64,000 bases of DNA from Pirellulales bacterium (GCA_040901675.1 JBBDYJ010000025.1:127943-191942); one strand, 5' to 3'; shown: positions 28,397-38,366, counted from the stretch's first letter. Program-made: numbers and translations. The notes: a model not told the origin generated them from the letters alone.

Positions 28397-29557
28397 CTAC
28401 AGCTCCAGCTCGTCCAGCGAGTCGATCAAGTTGTCCAGGTCGTCCTTGGGACCTTGCTGGCCGCCTGCCTGCCGCTTGGGCATGCCGACCATGGCGCCGA
28501 CCGCGTCGCGCCCCACGGCGACCAGTTCCACGTCGCGCTCCAGCACGGCCACTTCCAGCGCGTCCGGCGCTCCGAACAGTTTTGAAAGATCGATCTTCAA
28601 TCCGCCTGCCGTGCCGTCCGCGCTGCCCGCGATGGCAGGCGTCTTGTGCTGGGGAAAGATGATGGCGTTCGCCGGGCAAACCCGGCTGCAGGCCGGACAC
28701 CCCTTGCGGCAATTGTCGGGCTGCTCGACCAGGATCGTCTCGGCCCCGCCCACTCCGTACACGCCGAACAGGCAAAAATCGAGACACTCCAGGCAGTTCG
28801 TGCAGCGGCTGTAATCGATCACCGGATACCACCGCCGCTGCGGCTCTTCGTCGATGCGCTGGACGACCGCGCCGTCCTGAGCCGGAATCGCCGTCCCTTC
28901 GCCGCCCGGTCGATTGTTCCCCGCTGCCGCCTGGCCATTCGCCCCGCTGGGGTCGCCCGCTGGCTGCCCGGCCCGATTCTCCAAGATGGCTTCATCCCGC
29001 TGGCCGGCGGCCGGATCGAGATAACGTGCGAGCTGCTCCGGCTTGGGCGTGCCCTGGATCCAACCCATCAGGTCGACGCTCACCGTTTCGACCGACGCCT
29101 CGGCCACGATCCGTCGAACCTCCTCGATGTACGCCGCGGCTTCATCGCGGACCCGCAGATCGAGACAATAAATGTCGCGGTTGGGGGCCGGGCGGCTCTC
29201 CTCGACGGCCGCGGACGCACGTTCCTCGTCGCCGGCATCCTCGTCTTCGTCGTCATCATCATCCTGCCCTTCGTTGACCAGCAGCGTCGCGCCCGTCCGG
29301 CCGCGGATGCCGTTGCGATCGAGAATCCAGTGGGCCGCCCTGGGAAACAGCCAGCTCAGCACGATCATGTCGCCGCTGATGCTTTGCAGGCAGAGCATGC
29401 CGGTGCCGTCGGGCGCCAGGTCGTAGAGGTGCGGAACCACCGTCACTTCCAGGCCCCGCTCGAACAGCAGACCCGCCACCAGGTCTTCTTCCAGCTTTCG
29501 CCGGGCGGGATTGTTGCTCTGCCCCTGCGAAACGACGACGGTTACTTTTTTGGCCAT
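28397..29557 (-). CDS. 2x[4Fe-4S] ferredoxin-domain protein with an uncharacterised N-terminal domain
   Basis: 'CTNCLECLDFC' and 'CRKGCPACSRVCP'; acidic linker. Confidence 0.85.
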   Translation of the reverse strand: MAKKVTVVVSQGQSNNPARRKLEEDLVAGLLFERGLEVTVVPHLYDLAPDGTGMLCLQSISGDMIVLSWLFPRAAHWILDRNGIRGRTGATLLVNEGQDDDDDEDEDAGDEERASAAVEESRPAPNRDIYCLDLRVRDEAAAYIEEVRRIVAEASVETVSVDLMGWIQGTPKPEQLARYLDPAAGQRDEAILENRAGQPAGDPSGANGQAAAGNNRPGGEGTAIPAQDGAVVQRIDEEPQRRWYPVIDYSRCTNCLECLDFCLFGVYGVGGAETILVEQPDNCRKGCPACSRVCPANAIIFPQHKTPAIAGSADGTAGGLKIDLSKLFGAPDALEVAVLERDVELVAVGRDAVGAMVGMPKRQAGGQQGPKDDLDNLIDSLDELEL

Positions 29558-29608
29558 GGGATGTCAGCTCGTTGAGTCGGCGGGTCGGCAGCGGTTGCGG
29601 CCAGCCGG

Positions 29609-30064
29609 CTACTCGTTCATTTGTCCTTTGATGGTCCGCTCGGCGACGGCCCAGGCGGCCTCCAGGTGCACCAGGTATTCAGGGCCGCTCAAAAGCGACT
29701 CGCCGCCCCCCTCCATCTCAAACAGCCAGCCCTCGCCGTAGTTGTCCACGTTAATCGCCGACGGGTCCGCCAGCAAGCCGGCGTTGAACTCGGTCAGCCG
29801 GCCCGTCATCGGAGCATACAGTTCGCTTTCCGCCTTGGAGCTTTCGATCGACCCGATGGCCTGCTTCTCACGCACCATGGTACTCGCGTCGATCGACCAG
29901 TCCAGGAAATACACGTCTTGCAGCAAGCGGACCGCGTAGGCCGTGAAGCCGAAGCGGTATCCGCCGCCGGCGGCCTGGGCCCACATGTGGTTCCTGGCGT
30001 ACTGGCGATCGGTCGGAATTCGCGCGGCGAACTGGCCCATCATGAAGACCAGCTCGCCGGTCAT
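29609..30064 (-). CDS. Glycine cleavage H-like lipoyl-carrier protein
   Basis: 'HMW', 'GFTAYA', 'IESSKAESELYAP' (lipoyl Lys), 'INVDNYGEGWL'; ATG overlaps the upstream TGA. Confidence 0.85.
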   Translation of the reverse strand: MTGELVFMMGQFAARIPTDRQYARNHMWAQAAGGGYRFGFTAYAVRLLQDVYFLDWSIDASTMVREKQAIGSIESSKAESELYAPMTGRLTEFNAGLLADPSAINVDNYGEGWLFEMEGGGESLLSGPEYLVHLEAAWAVAERTIKGQMNE

Positions 30065-31365
30065 GTGTAACGGACTCCCTGGTGCTCGGGCTCGAAAAAG
30101 GCCGGCAACAGGGCATCGGCCCGCAACAGGCCGGGCCGGGTCAACCGCACGTCGTCCCCTTCGACCGTGAGATAGCCTTCCCGGGCATGCTCGTCGAAGG
30201 CGTCGCTGAACTCGTCGAGGATTTCCAGCCCGAATTTTTCTCTGAAATAGCCCGCATCGAGCCGCCCGGTCTTCAACTGCAGCACCAGCTCGCGCACCAG
30301 GAGCTGGTGCGGCGTGGGCCGCATCCCGCGCTGCAGGGGGAGCCGGCCCGCTTCCAGGGCCTCCAGGTAGTCGCCCCATTCGCTCAGGTTCTGGTAGTGC
30401 ACGCCCGACACATGCCCGAAGCTGGCCACGCCCGTGGCCAGCAGGTCGCTGCCGCGCCACAGGTTGTCGCGATAGCTGAAGCGGACCCGCTGCCGGTCCT
30501 TGACCAGCGTGTACGCGCTGGAAACCTCGTATCCGGCGGCGATCAGCTCATCGCAGGCGTAGTCGAGCCAGGCCCGCTTGGTGGGCCAGTCGGCCACCGG
30601 CGTTTCAATCTGGTTGCCCAGGATGTCGCGGGAGTAGACCGTGTTGAAGGGAAGCTCCATCTGGTAGATCGTCACGCTGTCGGGCGACAGCTCGATGGTC
30701 TTCTGGATGTTTACTTTCCAGTTGTCCCACGTCTCGCCCACCATGCCGGCGATCAGATCGACGTTCACGCTGTCGAAGTCGAGCTCCTCGATCCAGCTCC
30801 ACGACTTGTACACTTCGGCCGACAGGTGGGCGCGGCCGTTCTCTTCCAGCACGGCGTCGCTGAAGTTCTCAATGCCCAGGCTCAGCCGCGTCACGCCCAG
30901 GTGCCGCAGCGTCTCGAGCTTCGGTTGCGAGAGCGTGCCCGGCTCGCACTCGAACGTCACTTCCTCGGCGTGGTCCCAGTTGATGTTGGCCCGCAGCCGG
31001 TCGACCAGCGAGGTGAGCTGCCGCCCGCTCAAGAACGACGGCGTGCCGCCGCCGAAGTAGACAAAGCGGAAAGGCCTGCCTCCCATCACCGGCAGCCGGC
31101 TCACCAACTCGATCTCGCGCGACAAGGCCGACACGTAGCGCTCGACGTCGGGCGCGTTCTTGTCGGTATACACGCGAAAGTAGCAGAACTTGCAGCGCTT
31201 GCGGCAGAAGGGAATGTGCAAGTAGAGCCCCAGCGGCACGTCCGCCGGCGGACTCTCCAGGGCCCGCCGCACCTCGGGCAGCGCATCGGTCGTCCACTGC
31301 GAGAAGGGGGGATAGTTGGCGATGAAATAGCTGCCAACTTCGGTCTTGGTGCTCTCGGTGGTCAT
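30061..31365 (-). CDS. HemN-like radical SAM enzyme
   Basis: 'LYLHIPFCRKRCKFCYF', 'YFGGGTPS', 'RLSLGIE', 'NVDLIAG'. Confidence 0.9.
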   Translation of the reverse strand: MTTESTKTEVGSYFIANYPPFSQWTTDALPEVRRALESPPADVPLGLYLHIPFCRKRCKFCYFRVYTDKNAPDVERYVSALSREIELVSRLPVMGGRPFRFVYFGGGTPSFLSGRQLTSLVDRLRANINWDHAEEVTFECEPGTLSQPKLETLRHLGVTRLSLGIENFSDAVLEENGRAHLSAEVYKSWSWIEELDFDSVNVDLIAGMVGETWDNWKVNIQKTIELSPDSVTIYQMELPFNTVYSRDILGNQIETPVADWPTKRAWLDYACDELIAAGYEVSSAYTLVKDRQRVRFSYRDNLWRGSDLLATGVASFGHVSGVHYQNLSEWGDYLEALEAGRLPLQRGMRPTPHQLLVRELVLQLKTGRLDAGYFREKFGLEILDEFSDAFDEHAREGYLTVEGDDVRLTRPGLLRADALLPAFFEPEHQGVRYT

Positions 31366-31380
31366 CTCGCTGGCCTCATT

Positions 31381-32550
31381 TCAATGAGATCCGAAGCAGA
31401 ACAGGTCGCCCGTCTCGTTGCCGATCACCAGGCGGCCCGCCGCCACGGCCGGTGAGGCCGAAAAAGCTCCGCCCGCCTCGTACTCCCATACCTTGTCGCC
31501 GCTCTTCAGATCCAGCCCGTACACGCGGCCGTCGCCCGAGCCCACGTACACCCGCTGGCCCACCACCACGCACGACGAATCGACGCGCGACCGCGTGGTA
31601 AACGTCCACTGTTCGACCCCGTCCTTGGCATCGATGCCGTGGACCATCCGGTTCCGCCCGCCGAACACCACCAACCCCTCCGCCACCGCGGGCGCCGACT
31701 GGATCGGCTGCCTGCGCCTGGCGTGCTGATAGGTCCAGGCCACATCCGCCTCGCGCCAGTTGACCGCGAACAGCTTGCCCCCCTGCGTGCCGAAATAGAC
31801 GAAGTCGCCGGCCGCCGCCGGGGTGCTGTTCGTCGGGTCCTGGATCTCGACCTTGGCCACCGCCTTGCCCCGGTCCAAATCGATGATGTGCAGCTTGCCG
31901 TCGCAGCCGGCCAGGAAGCAGCGGTTTTCCATCACCGTCGGGGCGCACTGGATCATGTTGTCGATCGAGTACTTCCAGACCAGCTCGCCGTCGGCCGCAT
32001 TCAGGCAATACAGGCTGCCGTCTTGCGAGCCCACCAGCACCTTGTCGTGGTAGAAGTTGGCGCCGGCGCTGATCTCTGCCCCCGTGTCGATGCTCCATTT
32101 CTCCTGCCCGCTGGCCGCGTCGATCGCGTAGAACCGGCCGTCCGAGTCGCCGATATAGATCACGCCGTCGCGGACGGCCGGGGCGGCCTTGAACCCCAGC
32201 TCGGTGGGAAACTTCCAGCGCTCGTCGCCGTTGGCCAGAGCGAGCGCATACAAGTGGCCGTCGAGGCTCGGTGCGTAAACCGTGTCGCCGACAATCGCCG
32301 CCGTGGCTTCAAAGCCGCTGTCCTTGAACGACCGCTTCCACACCACCTGCAACTCGTCGGGCAGTGGCGACGCCGCGACGCCGCTCGCGCTCGCGTTGCC
32401 ACGGAACACCGGCCAGGCGTCGGCGGGCGCTTGCGTCCGGACCGGCCGGCTGCTCTCGGACTCCGCCGCCGGCAAGCTCGCCATCAAAGGTCCAAGTACC
32501 AAGCCCCAAGTGCTAAGTACCAACATCCGCCTTCTGCCTTCTGCCTTCAT
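31381..32550 (-). CDS. PQQ-like/BamB-type beta-propeller repeat protein
   Basis: 'WPVFRGN' followed by eight 'GS.DG..YA.DA..G...W' blades; start 32550 or 32526. Confidence 0.85.
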   Translation of the reverse strand: MKAEGRRRMLVLSTWGLVLGPLMASLPAAESESSRPVRTQAPADAWPVFRGNASASGVAASPLPDELQVVWKRSFKDSGFEATAAIVGDTVYAPSLDGHLYALALANGDERWKFPTELGFKAAPAVRDGVIYIGDSDGRFYAIDAASGQEKWSIDTGAEISAGANFYHDKVLVGSQDGSLYCLNAADGELVWKYSIDNMIQCAPTVMENRCFLAGCDGKLHIIDLDRGKAVAKVEIQDPTNSTPAAAGDFVYFGTQGGKLFAVNWREADVAWTYQHARRRQPIQSAPAVAEGLVVFGGRNRMVHGIDAKDGVEQWTFTTRSRVDSSCVVVGQRVYVGSGDGRVYGLDLKSGDKVWEYEAGGAFSASPAVAAGRLVIGNETGDLFCFGSH

Positions 32551-32569
32551 CCTTCTGCCTTCCTCCGCC

Positions 32570-33721
32570 TCACCAGGCCGCTTTGTACAGAGACAACAAT
32601 TCCGCTTCTCCCACCTTACGCGGATTGAACGAGCCGGTCCACTGCCCCGTGGCATCGGCTGCCAGTTCGGGCAGCTTGTGCTCGTCGACGCCGCAGTCGG
32701 AGAGACGCGCCGGCAGCCCGGCCTTGCCTGCCATGGCGGCCACCAGCTCGGCCAAGGCCTCGGGGCTGTGGCCGTTGCTCAAGGCGCCGTCACTCTGGGG
32801 GGCATACTCCATCAACTCGCGATACCAGCCGCCGCACTGGGCGCCGTTAAAACGGATCACGTGCGGCAGCATCAGGCCGATGGCCTGCCCGTGTACGATG
32901 CCGTAATGCGTGGTCAAGGGATTGGCCAGGGCATGGGTGGCCCCCAGCATCGAGTTCTCGATCGCCAGCCCGGCGAAGCAGGCGCCCAGCAACATGCCCG
33001 ACCGGCCCTCCAGGTCGGCCGGATCGTCGAGCACCCGCATGAAGTTCTCGGCCAGAAGCTGCCATGCCTCGCGGCTGAAGGCTAGCGAAACGGCGTTGCG
33101 CTTGCGGGTGACGTACGTCTCCAGCGCGTGCGCGATGGCATCGATCCCCGTCAGGGCCGTCACCGCCGGCGGCTGCGTCACGGTCAGTTCCGGATCGAGG
33201 ATGGCGACCCGGCAGGAGGCCTTCTTGTCGCCGCAGGCCATTTTGACGTGCGTCTGGGCGTCGGAAATCAGGGCGAACGACTGCGCCTCGCTGCCGGTTC
33301 CCGCTGTGGTCGGCACGGCGATCATGGGCAGCATCTCGCGCGTCGCCTTGCCGACTCCCCAATAATCCTGCATCCGGCCGCCGCCGGTATAGACGAAATT
33401 GATCCCCTTGGCGCAGTCCATCGAGCTGCCGCCGCCCAGCCCCACCAGCAGCTCGGGTTGGTGCCTGCGGGCCGCGGCCGCGCCCGCTTCGACATTGTCG
33501 CTGGTCGGGTTCTCTTCCACGCCGTCGAAGAGCTGCGTTTCGATGCCGGCCCGCTCGAGCGAGTCGAGCCCGCGCTGGACGTGCCCGGCCGCGACGATAC
33601 CGGGGTCGCTCACCAGCAAGGCCCGCCGCACACCCATTTCGCCCGCCAGCTCGCCCAGCGAATCGACCCGGCCGGGGCCGAACACAATCCGAGTGCGGAG
33701 TTGGAAGTCGAATGGGTTCAT
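32570..33721 (-). CDS. Iron-containing alcohol dehydrogenase
   Basis: 'GGGSSMD', 'PTTAGTGSE', 'DAIAHALE', 'HALAN', 'HG.A'. Confidence 0.9.
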   Translation of the reverse strand: MNPFDFQLRTRIVFGPGRVDSLGELAGEMGVRRALLVSDPGIVAAGHVQRGLDSLERAGIETQLFDGVEENPTSDNVEAGAAAARRHQPELLVGLGGGSSMDCAKGINFVYTGGGRMQDYWGVGKATREMLPMIAVPTTAGTGSEAQSFALISDAQTHVKMACGDKKASCRVAILDPELTVTQPPAVTALTGIDAIAHALETYVTRKRNAVSLAFSREAWQLLAENFMRVLDDPADLEGRSGMLLGACFAGLAIENSMLGATHALANPLTTHYGIVHGQAIGLMLPHVIRFNGAQCGGWYRELMEYAPQSDGALSNGHSPEALAELVAAMAGKAGLPARLSDCGVDEHKLPELAADATGQWTGSFNPRKVGEAELLSLYKAAW

Positions 33722-33726
33722 AATGG

Positions 33727-35190
33727 TTATCGGGCGGCCGCGGCCTGCCTGCCGGGCAAGGCCGGCAGGCGTTCGTTGGTGAGCTGGTAGGCGCGGGCAC
33801 GGAACAGGAAGTCGACGATGTTCCCCTCGTGCGGCTGCAGCCAGTCGAGCTTGATGGTCGGAATCGCCCCGATGTTCAAACGGTCGACGTGCGTGGCATC
33901 GGTCAACGCCCGCTGGAATACCTTGTCCTCGGTGATCCCCGTGCAGACCAGTGTCGGCCCGATCGAGTCGATCATCTTGTCCTGCGGACACTGGACCACC
34001 GTCGCGAACGGGAACATGTATTCCTTCTTCGCGATGGCGCTGGCCGGCGACTCGCAGTGGACCACCACCGGCCGCAGGTAGGCCGCCCGCTCCCGCTCCA
34101 CCAGCCGCGGTCCGTATTGCTCCGTCAGGTGTTCGACGCCGCTTTCTCGCAGGTCGGCTTCAATCGCCTTCCAAACGCCCTGCGCCACGCCCGGCACGGT
34201 GAAGGCCGCCAGGGCGGCGTTCGGATCCTCGGGGGGCAACGCTTCGATCGGCCCCAGTTTCTCCGCAAGGGCCTGGGCAATCTCGCGTGTGTGGCGCGAG
34301 GCCCACACGCCGGAACAGTTGATGCACCCCCGGCCGCTGTTCAGATACACGCTGTCGGCGATCAGATCGATGTATTCCTCCCAGCGGTCGACCAGGTCGT
34401 CGCCGATCAGTATCTTGCTGAAGCCCGGCCCGTGGGCTTGCACGCGCGGATCGCCCTTGTAGCGCTCGACCGTGGCCGTGCCGCCGAAGATCATGCTGCG
34501 CGAGCAGTTGGCCAGCACGGCTGCCCCCACGTCGCCGCCGCCCGGATAAATCGAGATCGCCTCGCGCGGGATGCCCGCCTCGAAGAAGGCCGACGACATG
34601 CGGTAGGGCGTCCACGGTTCCTGCGGCCCTGGCTTGAGCACCAGCCCGATTTGCATCGGGATCACCGGCAGCCACAGCGTGTGCACCCCCGGCGAATTCG
34701 AAGGCAGCACGAGTCCCAAGGCAGGCGCCTGCGCCTGGTAGCTCACCACCACGCCGCGCTGCTCCATGCCGTAGCCGTTGGTCAGAATCGAGAGGTCCAG
34801 ACCTCGCGTCAGGGCATCGAGCATCTGGTCCATGTGCGTCAGCACGTAGTAGTTCTTTTGCATGTTGCCGCGGCACATGTGCTCCGGCAACCCGGTCGAA
34901 GCGGACTGCGCGCGGGCGAACTCCTGCGGCGACTGCCGGCCGTCGCCCATCGGCAGCGTGCCGTTGAGATACAGCTCGGCCGCCTTCTTGACCCGCTCGA
35001 TCAGCTCCTCGCAGGTGAACTGGCGCAGCGCGTCGCGGGCCCGCTGGGCATGGCGCACGTCGCGCTGGAGCAGGCCCGCATTGGCCTGGCTGACCTTGGC
35101 GATCGGCTCTCCGGTGATGAAGTGCACGACCGTGTCGGTTTCCAACGACTCGTAAGGCTTGCCCCATCGCAGTGCCGGAATGTTCAGCAC
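33727..35190 (-). CDS. Aldehyde-dehydrogenase-fold oxidoreductase (GriD/EhpG-like acyl reductase candidate)
   Basis: 'VLPSNSPGVH', 'LKPG', 'HGPGFSK', catalytic 'NSGRGCINCS', 'EYMFPF'. Confidence 0.8.
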   Translation of the reverse strand: MLNIPALRWGKPYESLETDTVVHFITGEPIAKVSQANAGLLQRDVRHAQRARDALRQFTCEELIERVKKAAELYLNGTLPMGDGRQSPQEFARAQSASTGLPEHMCRGNMQKNYYVLTHMDQMLDALTRGLDLSILTNGYGMEQRGVVVSYQAQAPALGLVLPSNSPGVHTLWLPVIPMQIGLVLKPGPQEPWTPYRMSSAFFEAGIPREAISIYPGGGDVGAAVLANCSRSMIFGGTATVERYKGDPRVQAHGPGFSKILIGDDLVDRWEEYIDLIADSVYLNSGRGCINCSGVWASRHTREIAQALAEKLGPIEALPPEDPNAALAAFTVPGVAQGVWKAIEADLRESGVEHLTEQYGPRLVERERAAYLRPVVVHCESPASAIAKKEYMFPFATVVQCPQDKMIDSIGPTLVCTGITEDKVFQRALTDATHVDRLNIGAIPTIKLDWLQPHEGNIVDFLFRARAYQLTNERLPALPGRQAAAAR

Positions 35191-35249
35191 GGACCGTTCT
35201 CCCGTTCCTTAACTCAGTTCACGCCGTAACGCCGTAGCTCAGCACAAGC

Positions 35250-36365
35250 TCAATACACGCCCACGGTGGTGGCCTCGGCCAGCTCGTGGAAGGGCCGCAC
35301 GCCGCTGATCCCGTCCCACGGGTATTTCTCATAAGGCGGTTCGCGCTCGCCTTCGTCACGCTCCAGAAAGCCGGGCACGAAGAACTCCTTGGTCATCGTC
35401 GTCAGCTTGACGCGCCCCGTGGCTCCATAGCCGACCAACTGGTTCGAGTCGTCGAAGTCGACCACCTCGATCACCGCCCTCGGCTGCGGCGCGTAGTAGC
35501 TGATCTTGTAACCCTCTTCGGGGCCGACCGGTTTCGAGCAGGCCAGCCCCATCAGCGTGTTTCCGTACGTGGGGGTCATGTACACGCCGTCCAAAAACTC
35601 CTCGCTGGCGAAGCGCGTCCACTGCGGCGTGAACTCGGTGCCCCCCGAAAAAATGCCCGTGATGCCCGCCTCGCGGATGCTCGAACCCTGCTTCTCCAGC
35701 GCCAAGGCCAGCGCTTCGAGCAGCTTGGGGGTCGTGAACATGCAGCGGATGTCGTGCCCGGCCCCCAGGATGGTCAGCGCCTGGTCGATGCAGTGCTGTT
35801 TGTACGCCTCCAGGTGCTCCATCCACCCCTTCTTGATCAGCTTGATCACCCAGCGGGGGTCCAGGTCGACGCAGAACGAGATGCCCCCCCGGTATTGGGC
35901 CAGGTGTTCCACCGCCAGCCGCAGCCGCCGCGGGCCGGAAGGACCCAGCATCAGCCAGTTCGAGCCGGGCGGAAAGTGCTCGTCCGGCAACGTGGCGCTG
36001 AACAGCTCGTAATCGGTGCGAAAGTCGTCGATAGCGATCCGGCTCTTGGGCACGCCGGTCGTGCCTCCCGTTTCGAAGACATAGACCGGCCGGTCCGCGA
36101 ACGCCTTGGGCACCCACCGCCGGACGGGGCCCCCCCGCAGCCATTCGTCCTGGAACGGATCGAACTTCTTCAGGTCGTCGAAGCTCTTGATCTCCTTCAG
36201 CGGGTTGAACTTAAGCTTCGAAGCATACTCCAGCCAGAATGGACAGCCCGTCGATGGGTGAAAGTGCCATTGCACCGTTTCGTAGGCCTGCTCGTCCAGT
36301 GCCTGCCGGGCCGCCTTGGCCCGCGCGGCTATATCGCCGGACGCTGACGACTGGCTGACGCTCAT
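35250..36365 (-). CDS. Compact ANL-superfamily adenylating enzyme, EhpF/GriC-like
   Basis: 'WHF..STGCPFW', 'ETGGTTGVPK', 'DLDPRW', 'TTP', 'GGTE', 'YGNT', 'ERD' and C-terminal 'GVY' match the motif order I recall for EhpF. Confidence 0.8.
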   Translation of the reverse strand: MSVSQSSASGDIAARAKAARQALDEQAYETVQWHFHPSTGCPFWLEYASKLKFNPLKEIKSFDDLKKFDPFQDEWLRGGPVRRWVPKAFADRPVYVFETGGTTGVPKSRIAIDDFRTDYELFSATLPDEHFPPGSNWLMLGPSGPRRLRLAVEHLAQYRGGISFCVDLDPRWVIKLIKKGWMEHLEAYKQHCIDQALTILGAGHDIRCMFTTPKLLEALALALEKQGSSIREAGITGIFSGGTEFTPQWTRFASEEFLDGVYMTPTYGNTLMGLACSKPVGPEEGYKISYYAPQPRAVIEVVDFDDSNQLVGYGATGRVKLTTMTKEFFVPGFLERDEGEREPPYEKYPWDGISGVRPFHELAEATTVGVY

Positions 36366-36594
36366 CGCGGCTCCTTCTGGCGGCACTGACGGGGAAAACG
36401 GCAAGCGGCGGGGTCTGGGCGGAGGGATTGCTGACGCTGCGCTGGTTACCCCAAACTTACTCGAATTCCACGTCTAAAACAACCACCGCGGCCCCAGTAT
36501 CCCCCGCCTCCGCTTCATCATCGTGCGCCCTAAGCAGCAACCACTGAACTACTTCGGGCCAGCCGGACTCGCCCGCATTCAGACGCTCGGTCAT

Positions 36595-37443
36595 TCACTC
36601 CAGCCACGATTTCAGCCGGTTGGCCAACGCATCCAAGACGCCTGTATAAAAATGGTCGGCCCCGGCCACCACCGCCACCTTCACGTTGGCCAATCTTAGC
36701 CCGCTCAGATCCTCCGGCAGCCGCTCGAAAGGCACCTGCTCCAGCTCGACCGAGCCGAAGGTGAACAACAGCGGGCACCGCGCGCGGTCCACGTGCTTCA
36801 ATATATTGTAGCGCTCCGCAGGGCCGTACTTGTCCAGAAATCCGGCCGCACTGACCAGGTACGGGAGCGGAAAGCTCACCCGCATCAGCTCGTCCGCTCG
36901 GCCCGCGCGGACCAGCTCCTGGGCCGCCTCGTAGTCGCGGATGAATTCCTCCCCGCGGCCGCTCTGCTTGAAATGGCCGTGCGACAGCCGCGGCGGCGAG
37001 ATGGCGGCCACACTGTGGACCGCCGGCAGCGCCTCGTGGGCCAGGCTGTAGACCGCCTTGATTGCCCCCAGGCTATGCCCGACCACGGCGATCCGCGAAA
37101 AGCCGCGTTCGGCCAGCCAGCCCACCCAGGCCGCCACGTCGTGCCGGCACTCGTCGACCGTTTCGAAGGCGGCCCCCTCCAGTCGCCGTTGTTTGCCGCG
37201 GACGCCCGGCCAGACCAGGTCGCGGCCGCGCGTGTTGACCCTGAGCACAGCCAATCCCAGACCGGTAAACCGCCTGGCGACCACGTCGAACAGGGCCGAC
37301 GAATAGAAGTTGCCTCCGGTGCCGTGCAGGCACAACATCGCGTCGGCGTGCAAGGGCGGCTGCACGGAACCAAGGGGTCTTTCGAGCGAGCCGTCCAGCC
37401 GCAGGCCGTCGGAGGTGACCACGCGCACCAATTCGGCAATCAC
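36595..37443 (-). CDS. Alpha/beta hydrolase
   Basis: 'LHGTGGNF', nucleophile 'GHSLG', 'GADHFY'; GTG start inferred. Confidence 0.85.
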   Translation of the reverse strand: MIAELVRVVTSDGLRLDGSLERPLGSVQPPLHADAMLCLHGTGGNFYSSALFDVVARRFTGLGLAVLRVNTRGRDLVWPGVRGKQRRLEGAAFETVDECRHDVAAWVGWLAERGFSRIAVVGHSLGAIKAVYSLAHEALPAVHSVAAISPPRLSHGHFKQSGRGEEFIRDYEAAQELVRAGRADELMRVSFPLPYLVSAAGFLDKYGPAERYNILKHVDRARCPLLFTFGSVELEQVPFERLPEDLSGLRLANVKVAVVAGADHFYTGVLDALANRLKSWLE

Positions 37444-37544
37444 GGCGGCCACCTCTGGGTCTTCTGAAGCGTGGTCTCTGAAACCCGCCAAGCGGAGATT
37501 CAATTCTGTTCGATCAGGCTGGTTACAAACGATCCAGGGCGTTC

Positions 37545-38366
37545 TTATTCTACGGCATCTTGTTCTACGGCGCGTGCCCTTCGAACGATCCGCCAACCGC
37601 CCGACCGAACAACCAGGAGCGAAGCAGCACTGATTGCTGCTTGAAAACCAAACAGCCCAGGCCAAACAACGTAGGACCAATCCGATTGCTTGTCAAAATA
37701 GAATGCATGAATCGCTCCAAGGACGAGGGTTAGTGGAAGCACGATGCCAAGGCGAATCGCTGGTCGCCCGGCACAGAGCGTGGCCCACAGGATGGCCATT
37801 TCGGTCAGGACGAGGCCGAATACGACCAGGGCCGCCGCGAGGAAGAATTCAATCTCATTTGACGATCCGAAGCCTCGGACCACTTTCCCGGCCGCCAGAA
37901 TGGCGGCAACGGCAGTCGTGACAACGAACAAGTGCCGGATTGTGAATTGCGGTCCCGGCGAGTTTGGCGGTGACGCGGCGGCTTGCAAGACCGCGAATCC
38001 TTGCCAGCGCTTTACGACGCTCAGGGCGATAAAGATTACGGCCGGCGGCAAACTACAGAGCACGAACGACCCGGGCCACACCTCCAACCACAGCGGTCCG
38101 CCGAAGGAAACAGCGGCTAGCAACGAAAGATACGCCATGGTCACGAGAACCGCGAGCGTGCGTGACCACGGTTCAGTCGTTCCCAAAGCGCCCCAGGCTC
38201 CGACTAACGTCGCTTGCGCGTAGATCAGCCCGGCGTACCAAATAGAAAGGAGATCCGGCCAGAGATACGTCCAAGCCGGCCTGCAGAGAACAAGGCCAGC
38301 GGCAAAGTGGGCCAGTAAAAGCAGGCCGATCTTAAGGCTGGAACTATCTATCCGCACTTGTGCCAT
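37545..38366 (-). CDS. Multi-pass membrane protein (candidate orphan immunity protein)
   Basis: About 8 hydrophobic segments, 'PQFTIRHLF' motif, lower GC. Confidence 0.65.
   Translation of the reverse strand: MAQVRIDSSSLKIGLLLLAHFAAGLVLCRPAWTYLWPDLLSIWYAGLIYAQATLVGAWGALGTTEPWSRTLAVLVTMAYLSLLAAVSFGGPLWLEVWPGSFVLCSLPPAVIFIALSVVKRWQGFAVLQAAASPPNSPGPQFTIRHLFVVTTAVAAILAAGKVVRGFGSSNEIEFFLAAALVVFGLVLTEMAILWATLCAGRPAIRLGIVLPLTLVLGAIHAFYFDKQSDWSYVVWPGLFGFQAAISAASLLVVRSGGWRIVRRARAVEQDAVE

Noticed and set aside
29609..31365. Naming these genes gcvH and hemN
   Set aside because: Family-level motifs only; cognate pathway genes are absent from the window
33727..36365. luxC/luxE bioluminescence fatty-acid reductase
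   Set aside because: Analogous architecture, but the motifs fit EhpF/GriC better and no luxAB genes are present
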